This document shows positions 11,573-21,489 of a stretch of 64,000 nt of DNA, piece by piece. The notes under the pieces are model-generated. The model had not been told where the DNA came from and searched no databases. It worked only from the letters and a program-made list of their open reading frames with translations. The translations under genes were made by a program, and so were the position numbers. Every line of letters begins with the position of its first letter. Position 1 is the stretch's first letter. The stretch is from Bradymonadia bacterium (lineage in GTDB: Bacteria > Myxococcota_A > Bradymonadia > UBA7976 > UBA1532): positions 96,001 through 160,000 of the forward strand of contig JBKAGE010000035.1 in the NCBI GenBank assembly GCA_046290225.1, given 5' to 3'.

Positions 11573-12367
11573 ATGGGCACCCCCTCTTTCGAAGGCAAGC
11601 ACGTCTGTGTCGCCGGTGGCACCAGCGGCATCAACCTCGGCATCGCCGAAGGCTTCGCCAAGGCAGGGGCAAAGGTCTCAGTCTTCAGCCGCAAGCAGGA
11701 CAAGGTGGACGCTGCGGTGGCCACCCTGAAGGGCCACGGCGCAGAGGCCCACGGCGGCACCTCCGACGTCCGTGATCCCGACGCTGTGGCGGCGGTGCTC
11801 AAAGGCGCTGTCGATGCCTTTGGTGCCATCGATGTGCTGGTGAGCGGCGCCGCAGGGAACTTCCCCGCGCCGGCCCTGGCCATGTCACCCAACGCCTTCG
11901 GCTCGGTGGTGGGCATCGATCTCAACGGCACGTTCCACGTGCTCAAGGCGGCCTTCGAGCACCTGACCAAGCCCGGCGCGAGCATCATCAACATCTCGGC
12001 CCCTCAGGCCTTCATGCCCATGATGCTGCAGGCCCACGTCTGCGCCGCCAAGGCAGGCGTCGACATGCTGACCCGCACCCTTGCGATGGAATGGGGACCC
12101 ATGGGCGTACGCGTGAACTCGCTGGTGCCTGGGCCCATCGACGGCACCGAAGGCATGAAGCGCCTGCTGATGGATCCGAGCAAGAAGACGATGCTGGCAG
12201 AGACGGTGCCCCTGCAGCGCCTGGGCACGCCGGCGGACTGCGCTGACGTGGCGCTGTTCCTGGCCTCTGACGCAGCTCGTTATGTGAGCGGGGCGGTGAT
12301 CCCGGTGGACGGCGGCTGGTCTCTGGGCGGAGCGCAGGTGGCGATGATGGAGCTCATGAAGGGCTGA
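11573..12367 (+). CDS. SDR family oxidoreductase (2,4-dienoyl-CoA reductase-like)
   Basis: GGTSGINLG, SGAAGNF, HVCAAKAG, PGPI, VDGG. Confidence 0.88.
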   Translation: MGTPSFEGKHVCVAGGTSGINLGIAEGFAKAGAKVSVFSRKQDKVDAAVATLKGHGAEAHGGTSDVRDPDAVAAVLKGAVDAFGAIDVLVSGAAGNFPAPALAMSPNAFGSVVGIDLNGTFHVLKAAFEHLTKPGASIINISAPQAFMPMMLQAHVCAAKAGVDMLTRTLAMEWGPMGVRVNSLVPGPIDGTEGMKRLLMDPSKKTMLAETVPLQRLGTPADCADVALFLASDAARYVSGAVIPVDGGWSLGGAQVAMMELMKG

Positions 12368-12483
12368 GGACCTTCATGCACCCCCCAGCTCCAAGTCTCA
12401 TTCGAACAGAAGTTTGAAGGACCACCTGTCATCGGTAGCGTAGAGCCATACGTGGAACGAAGTCACACGTTTGGGGCTCGAAG

Positions 12484-13881
12484 ATGAACGAACGACTGAC
12501 CATACAAATGAAGCTATGTGGGACATGGCGTGACGCAGCAGAACTGAGCTTTAGCCACGATCTTCAGGGCGTGCACATTACGTATGACTTCGAGCAAGTC
12601 TTCCCCCTAGATGGCAAACTCGAATCACTTCCTGAACATTTTCGAGCAATCTCTCTGAGGTGGCCTCTCAGTGTTGCACCCCTCACCTTCGACCACTGGC
12701 CAGCGATTCTGGACGACATTGGGCCTTCAGGTGCTTCGGGCCAGTGGTGGATCACAGCCCTAGGTCTAGGTGACACCCCTCTGCCCAAACGCAGGTTCAT
12801 GCTCCTCCGCGATGCCGCAATTGCCCCAGTAGGGCATATGCGCATCCAATCCGCCGCCGACCGAGTTCGTCATCAGAGCATGACAGCACGATTTGCCCTC
12901 GAAGACGTCATGACACGTTCCCACACGCTTCTGGATGATGCTCAGCAGCGAGGTGCATCAGCAGGGCTGGCGACAGGTGCAGGGGGTGAGGCGCCCAAAC
13001 TACTGCTCAGAGTCGATGGTGACGAGGTCTGGATCGACACCCTGCAGGAGCACGACGAGCCCGGCGCTCATGTGCTCGTGAAGTTCCCCCGACGCACGGG
13101 CCGAGTACGGATGAGCGGTCAAGCCAAAGACACTGAGGTCGACCGCCTCGTCCTCGTCACCGAGTCGGTGTACTACCGCGCCCTCGCCGCCTTGGGCATC
13201 TCGACCATCGATGTTTCCCGCATGCACCTGCGCATGACCCACGACGAACGCCCCTCGCTCTGGATGCCACGGTTCGATGTCGAAGAACGCAACGGTGAAA
13301 CGATGCGCTTCGGCATGGAATCGCTCTATGCGCTTACAGACACACCTCCAGGCGCCCATAAACCTCACCAGGCATACCTCGACGCCCTGCACCGCGTGCT
13401 CATCGAGGGCCTGCCTCTCACAAGCGTCGACCCGGCTCGGCCACACACGTCAGGGCCACGCTCTGCCGAGCTGGTCTCCGAATATATCCAGCGCGACTTG
13501 CTCAATGTGATCTTCGGCAACTCGGACAACCACGGCCGCAACACCTCGATCTTGAAGACCCCCGAAGAAGCATGGCTGGCGCCCATCTATGACTTCGCCC
13601 CCATGGTCATCGACCCTGCAGGCATCATTCGATCGACACGTTGGGGGCAACTTGAGCGAGGGGCCAACGACATCGACTGGCGGGGTGTCTGCGCGCAACA
13701 AACCCACCTCGTAGATCCAGAAGAAATTTGGGCTGATCTCCGCGCCCTCGCCGAGCGCTTGATCGACTTGGACGAGCGCCTGGAGAGCCTCGGCTTACCT
13801 GATGAAGCGCTGAATCACCCCCAGCTCAAGCTCCGCCAGGTGAATCAACGTCTGAGACGATGGGATTTGGTGGCCGCATGA
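12484..13881 (+). CDS. HipA-family Ser/Thr kinase toxin
   Basis: GAGGEAPKLL, LVKFP, GNSDNHGRNTS, LAPIYDFAPM. Confidence 0.87.
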   Translation: MNERLTIQMKLCGTWRDAAELSFSHDLQGVHITYDFEQVFPLDGKLESLPEHFRAISLRWPLSVAPLTFDHWPAILDDIGPSGASGQWWITALGLGDTPLPKRRFMLLRDAAIAPVGHMRIQSAADRVRHQSMTARFALEDVMTRSHTLLDDAQQRGASAGLATGAGGEAPKLLLRVDGDEVWIDTLQEHDEPGAHVLVKFPRRTGRVRMSGQAKDTEVDRLVLVTESVYYRALAALGISTIDVSRMHLRMTHDERPSLWMPRFDVEERNGETMRFGMESLYALTDTPPGAHKPHQAYLDALHRVLIEGLPLTSVDPARPHTSGPRSAELVSEYIQRDLLNVIFGNSDNHGRNTSILKTPEEAWLAPIYDFAPMVIDPAGIIRSTRWGQLERGANDIDWRGVCAQQTHLVDPEEIWADLRALAERLIDLDERLESLGLPDEALNHPQLKLRQVNQRLRRWDLVAA

Positions 13882-14260
13882 GCCTCTACATTCGCGATTT
13901 GAGCCCTGAAGCACGACTGAATGTGATGCAGGTGATTCAACGACTATTGCTCGAAGAACGCCTGACCATGGGGCAAGCGCTGCGGGCTTGCGCAGCGCCC
14001 ATTTGGGCATGACACGTCGCGAATATGCCCGACGGATGGGCATCTCCAACTCAGCCCTGTCTGATCTGGAAAATGATGCAGGCAACCCAACCCTCAAGAA
14101 CATTCAGCGAGCGTTCAAGCCCTTTGGTCTGAAGGTGGGGCTGGTACCCACGCTGTCGAGCGCGGTGAAGGTGGGGGCGCCTGAGATCGACGGTGAGATC
14201 TACGAGGCGCTAAGCGACCAGATCATCGCCGCAGTGGGGCAACGCGCGCCGCGTGGTTAG
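13878..14260 (+). pseudogene. XRE/HTH antitoxin with an apparent 1-nt deletion frameshift near 13985
   Basis: ATG overlaps the hipA stop and reads MSLYIRDLSPEARL...MGQALR, then stops at 14012; the HTH (LRSAHLGMTRREYARRMGISNSALSDLENDAGNPTL) continues in another frame from 13988. Confidence 0.7.
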
Positions 14261-15339
14261 AGCCCGTCCCCAGGGTTCCACTCCGGCATCTTCGCCTTCT
14301 TCGGCGCTCGGGGCGCCACATAGCGCACCTCGTCACCCAAGCGCAGCCCCAGGGCCAGAGCCACATCTCGGGGCAGGTCGACTTGCCAGGGCCCCTCGGA
14401 CTCCGGGGGGATCACCGCCAGGTGCCCTGCGCAGGCCCGAAAATCCTGATCTCGGGTGTTGGCGATCAACCAGGTCGTCTCGTCGGGCACCTGGCGCACG
14501 ATCGAGCGCACCCGAGCCACCTTGCTCTTGCGGATCGCCCGAATCTTCTCGATGGGCGCTGCCATGAGGGGGCCCGCGTCGAAGATATCCACCTGATCGT
14601 CGAAGGCAAAACCTTCATCTTCGACGAGCCTCAAAGCGGGGCGTGTTTCTTCGTGCACCTGGCCGATGACCGCCTGCACGTCGGGGGCGAGCATGGGGAT
14701 GTAGATCGGGTGCTGGGGCATCAGCTCGCCGATGAAGCTCTTGTCGGCAGCGCTGCGTTGATCAGCTTCGGCGAACCCGATGTTGAAGAAATGCCGGCCG
14801 ATGGCTTCCCAGAACAACGAGTGGCCTTCCGTGGTGCTCACACCACGCATTTCGGCGATCACCCGCTTGTCGAAACGCTGCCGGTGGCTCGCCATGAACA
14901 AAAACCGGCTCAGCGACAGCAGGCGACCGTTGCCACCCTTGCGGTGATCGCCGAGCAGGAACAACGTGCCGATCTCCGTGGGCCCGGAGTGGTTCGCCGT
15001 CAGCTCGAGGTAGCGCACCTCTTTGTCGACATCGAGGGCTTTGGAGATCTTGTGGGTGGTGCGCAGCTGGTACGAATAAAAGGGCTCGTAGCCCCCCACC
15101 TTGGCCACCATGCCGCTCGTCCCCACCACGGCGCCGGTGGTGAGATCTTCCATGACCAGCAAATACGACTGCCCTGCAGGGCGCCGTACATCGGTTTCGA
15201 GAGCCCTCACCGAGTCACGAATACGGCCAGTGAGCACCTTTTCGTCTGGTGGCAATGTGGTCAAACCCACACCGGCGCTGTGGGCGAGATCGAGGATCGA
15301 CGACAGATCGCCGGTCCGGACTGGGCGTACGAGCATCAT
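14257..15339 (-). CDS. astA: Arginine N-succinyltransferase
   Basis: LVRPV..DL, GLTTLP, EPFYSY, TEIGTLFL, GRLLSLSRFLF, IAEMRG, VDIFDAGP; start set at MMLVRP. Confidence 0.9.
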   Translation of the reverse strand: MMLVRPVRTGDLSSILDLAHSAGVGLTTLPPDEKVLTGRIRDSVRALETDVRRPAGQSYLLVMEDLTTGAVVGTSGMVAKVGGYEPFYSYQLRTTHKISKALDVDKEVRYLELTANHSGPTEIGTLFLLGDHRKGGNGRLLSLSRFLFMASHRQRFDKRVIAEMRGVSTTEGHSLFWEAIGRHFFNIGFAEADQRSAADKSFIGELMPQHPIYIPMLAPDVQAVIGQVHEETRPALRLVEDEGFAFDDQVDIFDAGPLMAAPIEKIRAIRKSKVARVRSIVRQVPDETTWLIANTRDQDFRACAGHLAVIPPESEGPWQVDLPRDVALALGLRLGDEVRYVAPRAPKKAKMPEWNPGDGL

Positions 15340-15542
15340 GGGCGGGCAAGACCTGATTTTGAACGGAAGCCCGCATAGAAAAGCACGGCTCGAACCATCG
15401 TGCATCAACAGACTGAACAGCCGACTTTTATCGTGCCCACCCGTCAAGCAGAGGGGGTCGGATGTCGATAAAGAAAGTGTGCTGCTCAGCACACTCTTCC
15501 AGCTCAGCTGTCTTTGACGTGTCGTCCTTCAGGAGGTCTGCC

Positions 15543-16256
15543 GTGCGCATCGCAGTCATTTCAGATCTTCACCTGGGCATCGACGAGATCACCGACGAGT
15601 TCGGCCACGACGACGCAGAGTTCCTCAAGTTCCTCGACTTCCTCGAGGCAGATCACGAGCAGATCGTACTGCTCGGCGACATCTACGAGACGCTGACCCC
15701 ACCCTGGCCCGGTGCGTGGTCCGAAGCCCTTGAAGCGGTGCAGAGCCGCCACCAGGCGCTCACTGATCGCTTTAGGGGACCCAAGTACAGCTACATCCAC
15801 GGCAACCATGATCTCGTGGCTGCCCGCCTGCTCGGCGCGCCGGGGGAGCTGTGGCTCGAGGTGGACGGCACTCGGATCTTGTTCACGCATGGCCACATGC
15901 ACGACTGGCTGATCCGCCGTGCTCGGTGCATCTCCGAGATCGGGGTGTGGTTCGGCGGGCTGCTGCGTCGCATCGGCCTCGGGGCGGTCTACCGCATGCT
16001 CGAGCAGATGGAGCATCGCCTGCACAGCAGCGTGGCCAATGCAGATCCGTCACAGAACTCGTTCCAGCGTTGGGCCACCCACATGGCTCGGCATCGTGGT
16101 GCAGACATCATCGTCACCGGCCACACACACACTGGCGGGTGTGCCGAGCATGGTCGGCAGCTCTTCATGAACAGTGGATCGTGCAGCCTCGGCCACACGA
16201 GCTTCTTGAGCCTCGACACCCGCTCGGGGCAATTCGGGTTCCATTCAGGCTGGTGA
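15543..16256 (+). CDS. Calcineurin-like metallophosphoesterase (LpxH-like family)
   Basis: ISDLHLG, LLGDIYE, HGNHD, THGH, GHTH; AGGAGG RBS before the GTG. Confidence 0.85.
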   Translation: MRIAVISDLHLGIDEITDEFGHDDAEFLKFLDFLEADHEQIVLLGDIYETLTPPWPGAWSEALEAVQSRHQALTDRFRGPKYSYIHGNHDLVAARLLGAPGELWLEVDGTRILFTHGHMHDWLIRRARCISEIGVWFGGLLRRIGLGAVYRMLEQMEHRLHSSVANADPSQNSFQRWATHMARHRGADIIVTGHTHTGGCAEHGRQLFMNSGSCSLGHTSFLSLDTRSGQFGFHSGW

Positions 16257-16507
16257 TCACCACTGTTGCGTAACCACTGAGTGTGAATAGACTTTCGCAC
16301 CTTGTGAGTCGCCCGGTTCGCGATTTGCGCCCCCTTCTGCCTCCACCAAAATTCCGTTGAATATCTGCCTGTCCCATGCGACACGCCTTCGTGACGTTCT
16401 CCCCTGAACTGTCGAGAGAAGGTTGAAATGCAGTCACACGATCCTGCTCGGCAACTGGCAGTATTCGGAGCCATGGGCATGTCGATTCCAGCACCTGGAG
16501 CAGCTTC

Positions 16508-17272
16508 GTGAGCCGGCGAGTTCTGCCTGCACCACTGAGCTGGGGCCGGGCCGGTGTGCAAATGTCACAGGTGGCCTCCATCACCATGGGTCACATCGCC
16601 TATCGTGTGGTGAAAGACCGTATCAGGCGTGATCCGACGCTGAGCGTTGCCCGGCAAGCCAGCCTGTGGGGCACCCAGCTCTGCTCGGTGGCGGGCGTCA
16701 CTGTAGAGCGCCAGGGCGATTTGCCCGAAGAGGGCGCGATGCTGATGAGCAATCACCGCTCCTACAGCGACATCATCGCGCTGCTCAGCCAGCTGCCGGT
16801 CTGTTTCCTGTCGAAGGCCGAGCTGGCAAGCTGGCCCATTTTGGGTCAAGCAGCGACGATCGCCCGGACGGTGTACGTGAAACGTGACGATCCGGAGTCG
16901 AGAAAAAAATCCCGTGGAGAGCTGGCACGCATCTTGGAAGCCGGTGTGTCCACGCTGGTGTTTCCGGAAGGCACGACTTTCGAGGGCCCAGGCATCATGG
17001 GCTTTCGCTATGGCGGCTTTCAGATCGCCATCGAGGCCGGTGTGCCGGTGGTCCCCGTGGCCATCACCTATCCGAGCACCGAGGACGCGTGGGTGGGCGA
17101 CGACACCTTCCTGCGCCACTACATCGATCGCTTCGCCCGTCAGGGCGGAACCACTGCGCGCATCGCCTTCGGGCCCCCCATGCGGGGAGACGATCCAAAG
17201 GCGCTGGCGCGACGCGCTGAGGACTGGGTCAGAGCCGCCCTGGTGCGGTTGGGGGAGCCCCCCGTCGAGTGA
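16508..17272 (+). CDS. PlsC-family lysophospholipid acyltransferase
   Basis: NHRSYSD (HX4D), FLSKAEL..WP, FPEGTT. Confidence 0.88.
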   Translation: MSRRVLPAPLSWGRAGVQMSQVASITMGHIAYRVVKDRIRRDPTLSVARQASLWGTQLCSVAGVTVERQGDLPEEGAMLMSNHRSYSDIIALLSQLPVCFLSKAELASWPILGQAATIARTVYVKRDDPESRKKSRGELARILEAGVSTLVFPEGTTFEGPGIMGFRYGGFQIAIEAGVPVVPVAITYPSTEDAWVGDDTFLRHYIDRFARQGGTTARIAFGPPMRGDDPKALARRAEDWVRAALVRLGEPPVE

Positions 17273-17314
17273 CATGTGTCGAGTGATACTCGTCGAGTGA
17301 TGCCAGTCGAGTGA
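17264..17314 (+). repeat. Four direct repeats of GTCGAGTGA at an exact 14-bp period
   Basis: Copies at 17264, 17278, 17292 and 17306; spacers catgt, tactc, tgcca. Confidence 0.9.
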
Positions 17315-17338
17315 ACGTAGACCGCGAAAGGGTTCGAT

Positions 17339-18154
17339 ATGCTCAACCGCAAAAAGTCTCGTCAGTTCACCTTCAAGTACTACGAGCGGCCCGGACGCTG
17401 GATGTCCGACGCCCAGCTCGACACCTTCGTCGAAGAGCTGCGCGCCATCGGCGTGACCTGCTTCGATGAGCTGCCCGACTATCAATGCTTCAAGGCTGAT
17501 CGGGAAGGCTTCGGCAACAAGGTCATCACCGTGGCCCGAGATCCCTCGGGTCGAGCGGTGGGCTTCAGCTCTGGCGTGCTGCTCGACGTCGAGGGCATGG
17601 ATCCCGTGGTCCACCTGGGCCTGAGCTGTGTGCACCCGGACGCCCGCTGCGGGGGCCTCACCCATGCCCTGGCCTCGCGCATGGTGAGCGGTTACATGCT
17701 GCGTCACCACCTCTTCAGCAGGGTCTGGGTGACCAACGTAGCCTGTGTGCTCAGCAGCATCGGCAATGTGGCGGCGAACTTCGATCAGGTGTTCCCCTCG
17801 CCAAACTGTGACACCCCCACCGAACGCCACATGCGCATCGCCCGCACGGTGAGCGCTCGCTACCGCGAAGACATCTACATCCACGAGGACGCCCGCTTCG
17901 ACGAGGCGGCCTTCGTGTTCCGAGGCAGCGTCAAGGGCACGTGCTTCCAGAAGGATCCGGACGACACCCGCTATCACCACCGCAAGCAGTACCTCAACGA
18001 CTTCTACCTGGGCTTCATGCGCCTCGACGAAGGCGACGAGGTGATCCAGGTAGGGCACTTCAGCTGCCTTACGGCGGCAGGCTACTTCATCCGCCGCGCC
18101 CTCAAACCCATCAAACGCCTCATCCGCCCCCAGCTTCAGCACGCAGCACGCTGA
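17339..18154 (+). CDS. Uncharacterised protein with a probable GNAT fold
   Basis: HLGLSCVHPDARCGGLTHAL resembles GNAT motif A; AAAGGG RBS. Confidence 0.6.
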   Translation: MLNRKKSRQFTFKYYERPGRWMSDAQLDTFVEELRAIGVTCFDELPDYQCFKADREGFGNKVITVARDPSGRAVGFSSGVLLDVEGMDPVVHLGLSCVHPDARCGGLTHALASRMVSGYMLRHHLFSRVWVTNVACVLSSIGNVAANFDQVFPSPNCDTPTERHMRIARTVSARYREDIYIHEDARFDEAAFVFRGSVKGTCFQKDPDDTRYHHRKQYLNDFYLGFMRLDEGDEVIQVGHFSCLTAAGYFIRRALKPIKRLIRPQLQHAAR

Positions 18155-18164
18155 GGTGTCGCCG

Positions 18165-19181
18165 ATGAACGCGACGTTCAAGCGCCCACGACCCCGTGAC
18201 GCAGGCGATGGCCTGGAGCTCATCATCGCCCCCTCTGATCTCGGCGCAGGTACCCGGGGCGCGGCCATGGGCCCCGAGGCCTTGATGCACAGCGCCCTCG
18301 CCGAGGGGCTGAGCTTCTTCGAGCGCGCTCCCCAGTGTCGTGTGCCCATGCCCACCCTGCGGCGACGCCACCTGGTCACGGCTTCGATCGACTACCTCGA
18401 CGACGTCGTGCGCGGGGGTGAGCTGCTCTGCGCCCGCCACCGCGATCTGCTGGCTCAAGACTCGACGACGCTGTGCCTCTCGGGGTGCCACGCCAACGCT
18501 GTAGGCTGGGTGGCGGGCGCTCGCGAGGCGTTCCCCGAAGCCCGCATCGGCCTGATCTGGCTCGACGCCCACGGTGATCTGCACTCACCCTGGACTTCAC
18601 CCACCGGGAACGTGCACGGAATGCCCCTGGCGGCCCTGCTCGACGCCGACAACCTCGCCTTGGGCAAGAGCGAGGTCTCAGATCACACGCAGCGTGCCTG
18701 GTCTCGACTCAAGCGCCTGGGGCCGTCGCGCATCTGTCCGAAGCTGCAACCAGAGGATGTGCTGCTCGTCGACATCCGCGATCTCGAGGACGAAGAGTGG
18801 GGGCTGATCCACTCAGCGGGGATCCCCCACGTGACTGCAGCAGAGCGGAGCCGTATTGGGGTGGACGGCGTCCTGAGACGCGCTCGGGCTCAATTCGCAG
18901 ATTACGATCTGTTGCTGGTCACCTTCGACGTCGATTGTCTCGATGCGCCGCTCGTGCCAGGCACAGGTACGCCGGTGAAGGGTGGCATGTCGGAAGCCGA
19001 AGCGCTCACGCTGCTCGAAGGGCTCGTCGCCCTGCCGGCGTTCCGCAGCCTCGACATCTGCGAGATCAACCCGCTGCTGGATCGAGAGAACTCGGTGGCT
19101 CGACGGATGGCCCGCATGCTGCGCCAGCTGTGGCCGGGGTTGGCGCGGACAGCTGTACCTCAAGCAGCGGGCAGCGTCTGA
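18165..19181 (+). CDS. rocF: Arginase
   Basis: DAHGD, SPTGNVHGMP, FDVDCLD, PGTGTPVKGG, EINP; start 18156 or 18165. Confidence 0.87.
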   Translation: MNATFKRPRPRDAGDGLELIIAPSDLGAGTRGAAMGPEALMHSALAEGLSFFERAPQCRVPMPTLRRRHLVTASIDYLDDVVRGGELLCARHRDLLAQDSTTLCLSGCHANAVGWVAGAREAFPEARIGLIWLDAHGDLHSPWTSPTGNVHGMPLAALLDADNLALGKSEVSDHTQRAWSRLKRLGPSRICPKLQPEDVLLVDIRDLEDEEWGLIHSAGIPHVTAAERSRIGVDGVLRRARAQFADYDLLLVTFDVDCLDAPLVPGTGTPVKGGMSEAEALTLLEGLVALPAFRSLDICEINPLLDRENSVARRMARMLRQLWPGLARTAVPQAAGSV

Positions 19182-20201
19182 TCAATCGCCCAGGATCACC
19201 GGAGGCTCACACACCCACGCGGTGTTGGGGTGAGCTCGATCCGAAGCGCACACCTCGGGGCCCGAGCAGCCACAGAAGCCATCAAAACAGGTGTCGACAT
19301 TGCCCTCGGTGCAGTCTTCGTTGCCCGCGCAACGGCAGATGCCGTCGTCACCACAGATCGAGGCGTTGGTCTGACAGGAGTTCTCCTGACATACGCACCG
19401 GCCGCTCTCCACGTCACAGACGGGATATTCTGCGGTGAGGGCGCAATCCATGTCGCCCCGGCAAGGGATCGTGCACACCGCGTCGCGACAGAGCGCGCGG
19501 CTCTGCACACAGGCCATGGCCTCGCCGCCACCTTCTCGCAGGGGCAGGGCCTGCTGCTCCATGCCCAAGGTGGCACAGTCGATGAAGTCGCTCTGGATGA
19601 AGGCGCAGTAGCCCTCGCCCTCGAACTCGACGCAGGCCTGGGTGCCGGCTTCGCCGCCATCACAGTCGGCCGTGGCCGTGCAACCAGCGCTGCCGGCCCA
19701 ACCGCTGAGCAAGGTCACGCACACTGAGTCGTCGTCGCACTGAGTGGGGATCGCTTCAGGCCAGCAGCGACCCTCGTCGCACCGGTGATCTGCGAGGCAG
19801 TCATCAGCGGTCTGGCACTCCTCCTGGCAGAAGCTGGCCTCACCGACCATGCCGCCGCCTGCTCCACCGGCGCCGGCCATACCACCAGCGCCGGCCATGC
19901 CACCGGCACCCGCCATGCCACCAGCGCCGCCGACCATGCCGCCAGCACCCGCCTCACCCCCGGCACCACCAGTCTCGCCGCCCGCCCCCGCAGCCCCTGC
20001 GGCGCCACCAGCGCCTGCACCGCCTCCGGCACCCGCAGCACCGCCGGCCCCCGCAGCGCCGCCAGAACCGGCTGCGCCACCGGCGCCTGCTGCAGCACCG
20101 GCACCACCAGAGCCCTCGGAGCTGCTGTCGTCATCACAGGCGGAGAGCCCACACACCACAGCGAGGCTCAGGCCGATCAGGGCCTTACGGGAAACGTGCA
20201 T
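19182..20201 (-). CDS. Lipoprotein with Gly/Ala-rich linker and Cys-rich C-terminal domain
   Basis: LSAC lipobox, GGAAGAG repeats, more than 25 Cys in the C-terminal half. Confidence 0.78.
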   Translation of the reverse strand: MHVSRKALIGLSLAVVCGLSACDDDSSSEGSGGAGAAAGAGGAAGSGGAAGAGGAAGAGGGAGAGGAAGAAGAGGETGGAGGEAGAGGMVGGAGGMAGAGGMAGAGGMAGAGGAGGGMVGEASFCQEECQTADDCLADHRCDEGRCWPEAIPTQCDDDSVCVTLLSGWAGSAGCTATADCDGGEAGTQACVEFEGEGYCAFIQSDFIDCATLGMEQQALPLREGGGEAMACVQSRALCRDAVCTIPCRGDMDCALTAEYPVCDVESGRCVCQENSCQTNASICGDDGICRCAGNEDCTEGNVDTCFDGFCGCSGPEVCASDRAHPNTAWVCEPPVILGD

Positions 20202-20252
20202 CTGACCACTCCTTCATCAACTCGGGTCGAAGTTGACGCGCAGTGTATGAGG

Positions 20253-21479
20253 TCAGAGCGCTTGAAGGAAAGCGAGGAGTGCCTCTCGATCAGCCTCGGG
20301 CAAATCGAGACCAAAAGGATGACCCCTCATGGCTCGGTCGAGATCGAGCAAGGTCGGCAGATCAGGCACTTCACCCGAAGCGAAGAGCGGACGCCGCTGG
20401 CCCACGCCTCTCAAAGAGGGTACCCGCCACGTGCCGGTGCCCCGAGCAGTGCTCAACGCCACTTCATCAGGGGTGCCGACGGCATCGAGAGGGATCGCAG
20501 CGCCGCCCATCTCGGGGCCACTGTGGCAGTGGGCGCAGTTGAGGTCGAAGACCTCTCGGCCACGACCTTCTGCGGGCTCGGGCAGCGCATCACCCAGTGA
20601 CCACAGGTAGCGGGTCAGCGCCGCAGAGATCACCTTGGGGGGTCGGAGCCCTTGCCCCATCGAGGTGATGATCAACGTCTCCACCCGCACCATCAAAGCC
20701 TGTGGGCTGTTCCAAAGGGTGGCCGCTCGATGAAGCGTCTCTTGAAAGCGGATGGGACGCAGATCGGTGATGGTGGTGGGGTTGAACATGTCATCGTTGG
20801 TCACATCGACCCGGGCCGGGCCCCACGCGCCATACTCAGTGGCTCCACCTCGGGCCATGTCGAGCACCCGGCCATAGTCGAAGCGGTGGTTCGGCGCACC
20901 GTGAACCGGCGCCCCCTCGACACCACGCTCCGAATGGCAGACGGCGCAGGTCATGGCCGGATACACCCCTCCAGGAGCGTCAACCCAGACGAGGCCCGTC
21001 ACTTCACCGGCATCGTTGATCCACAAGCCGACATCTTCTGCGACCTCACGGCTCACCATGGCCTGGCGCATGCTGGCCGCCAGCTGCAACGGGTAGTACT
21101 CGAAGGCCTGCGCCCCGAGCTGTGTCAGGGCCCCGTCGCTCTCCAACGCACCATCGAGGTTCAACCTCTGCCACTGGGGATCATCCTCAGCGGGCGCAGG
21201 TGGGGTGCCGCCGCCGAGATCAGCCACGGTGACGGGCTTCACCCTGGGGTTCCAGGTGTCGAGGGCGCCCCAGGCATCAGGTCGGTATCGATCGAGGCGC
21301 AGAGTGGAGTAGCCGTTCTCGGGGTCGATGATCGACGCCTCGAGGGCTTCTCGCGCGACAGCATCATCGCTGATGTAGGCCTCGGCGAGGGCCACCCAAT
21401 CTTCTGTGGGCTCCACCCCGTTGGTGGCAACACACCCACCCATGACAAGGGCGAGACTGAAGATTGGGGCCACTCTCAC
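20253..21479 (-). CDS. Di-heme c-type cytochrome lipoprotein (CcP/MauG/RoxA-like C-terminus)
   Basis: CAVCH and CAHCH; RVPSLRGV and GHPFG..L...DREALLAFL; MGGC lipobox. Confidence 0.78.
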   Translation of the reverse strand: MRVAPIFSLALVMGGCVATNGVEPTEDWVALAEAYISDDAVAREALEASIIDPENGYSTLRLDRYRPDAWGALDTWNPRVKPVTVADLGGGTPPAPAEDDPQWQRLNLDGALESDGALTQLGAQAFEYYPLQLAASMRQAMVSREVAEDVGLWINDAGEVTGLVWVDAPGGVYPAMTCAVCHSERGVEGAPVHGAPNHRFDYGRVLDMARGGATEYGAWGPARVDVTNDDMFNPTTITDLRPIRFQETLHRAATLWNSPQALMVRVETLIITSMGQGLRPPKVISAALTRYLWSLGDALPEPAEGRGREVFDLNCAHCHSGPEMGGAAIPLDAVGTPDEVALSTARGTGTWRVPSLRGVGQRRPLFASGEVPDLPTLLDLDRAMRGHPFGLDLPEADREALLAFLQAL

Positions 21480-21489
21480 AACTCAACCC

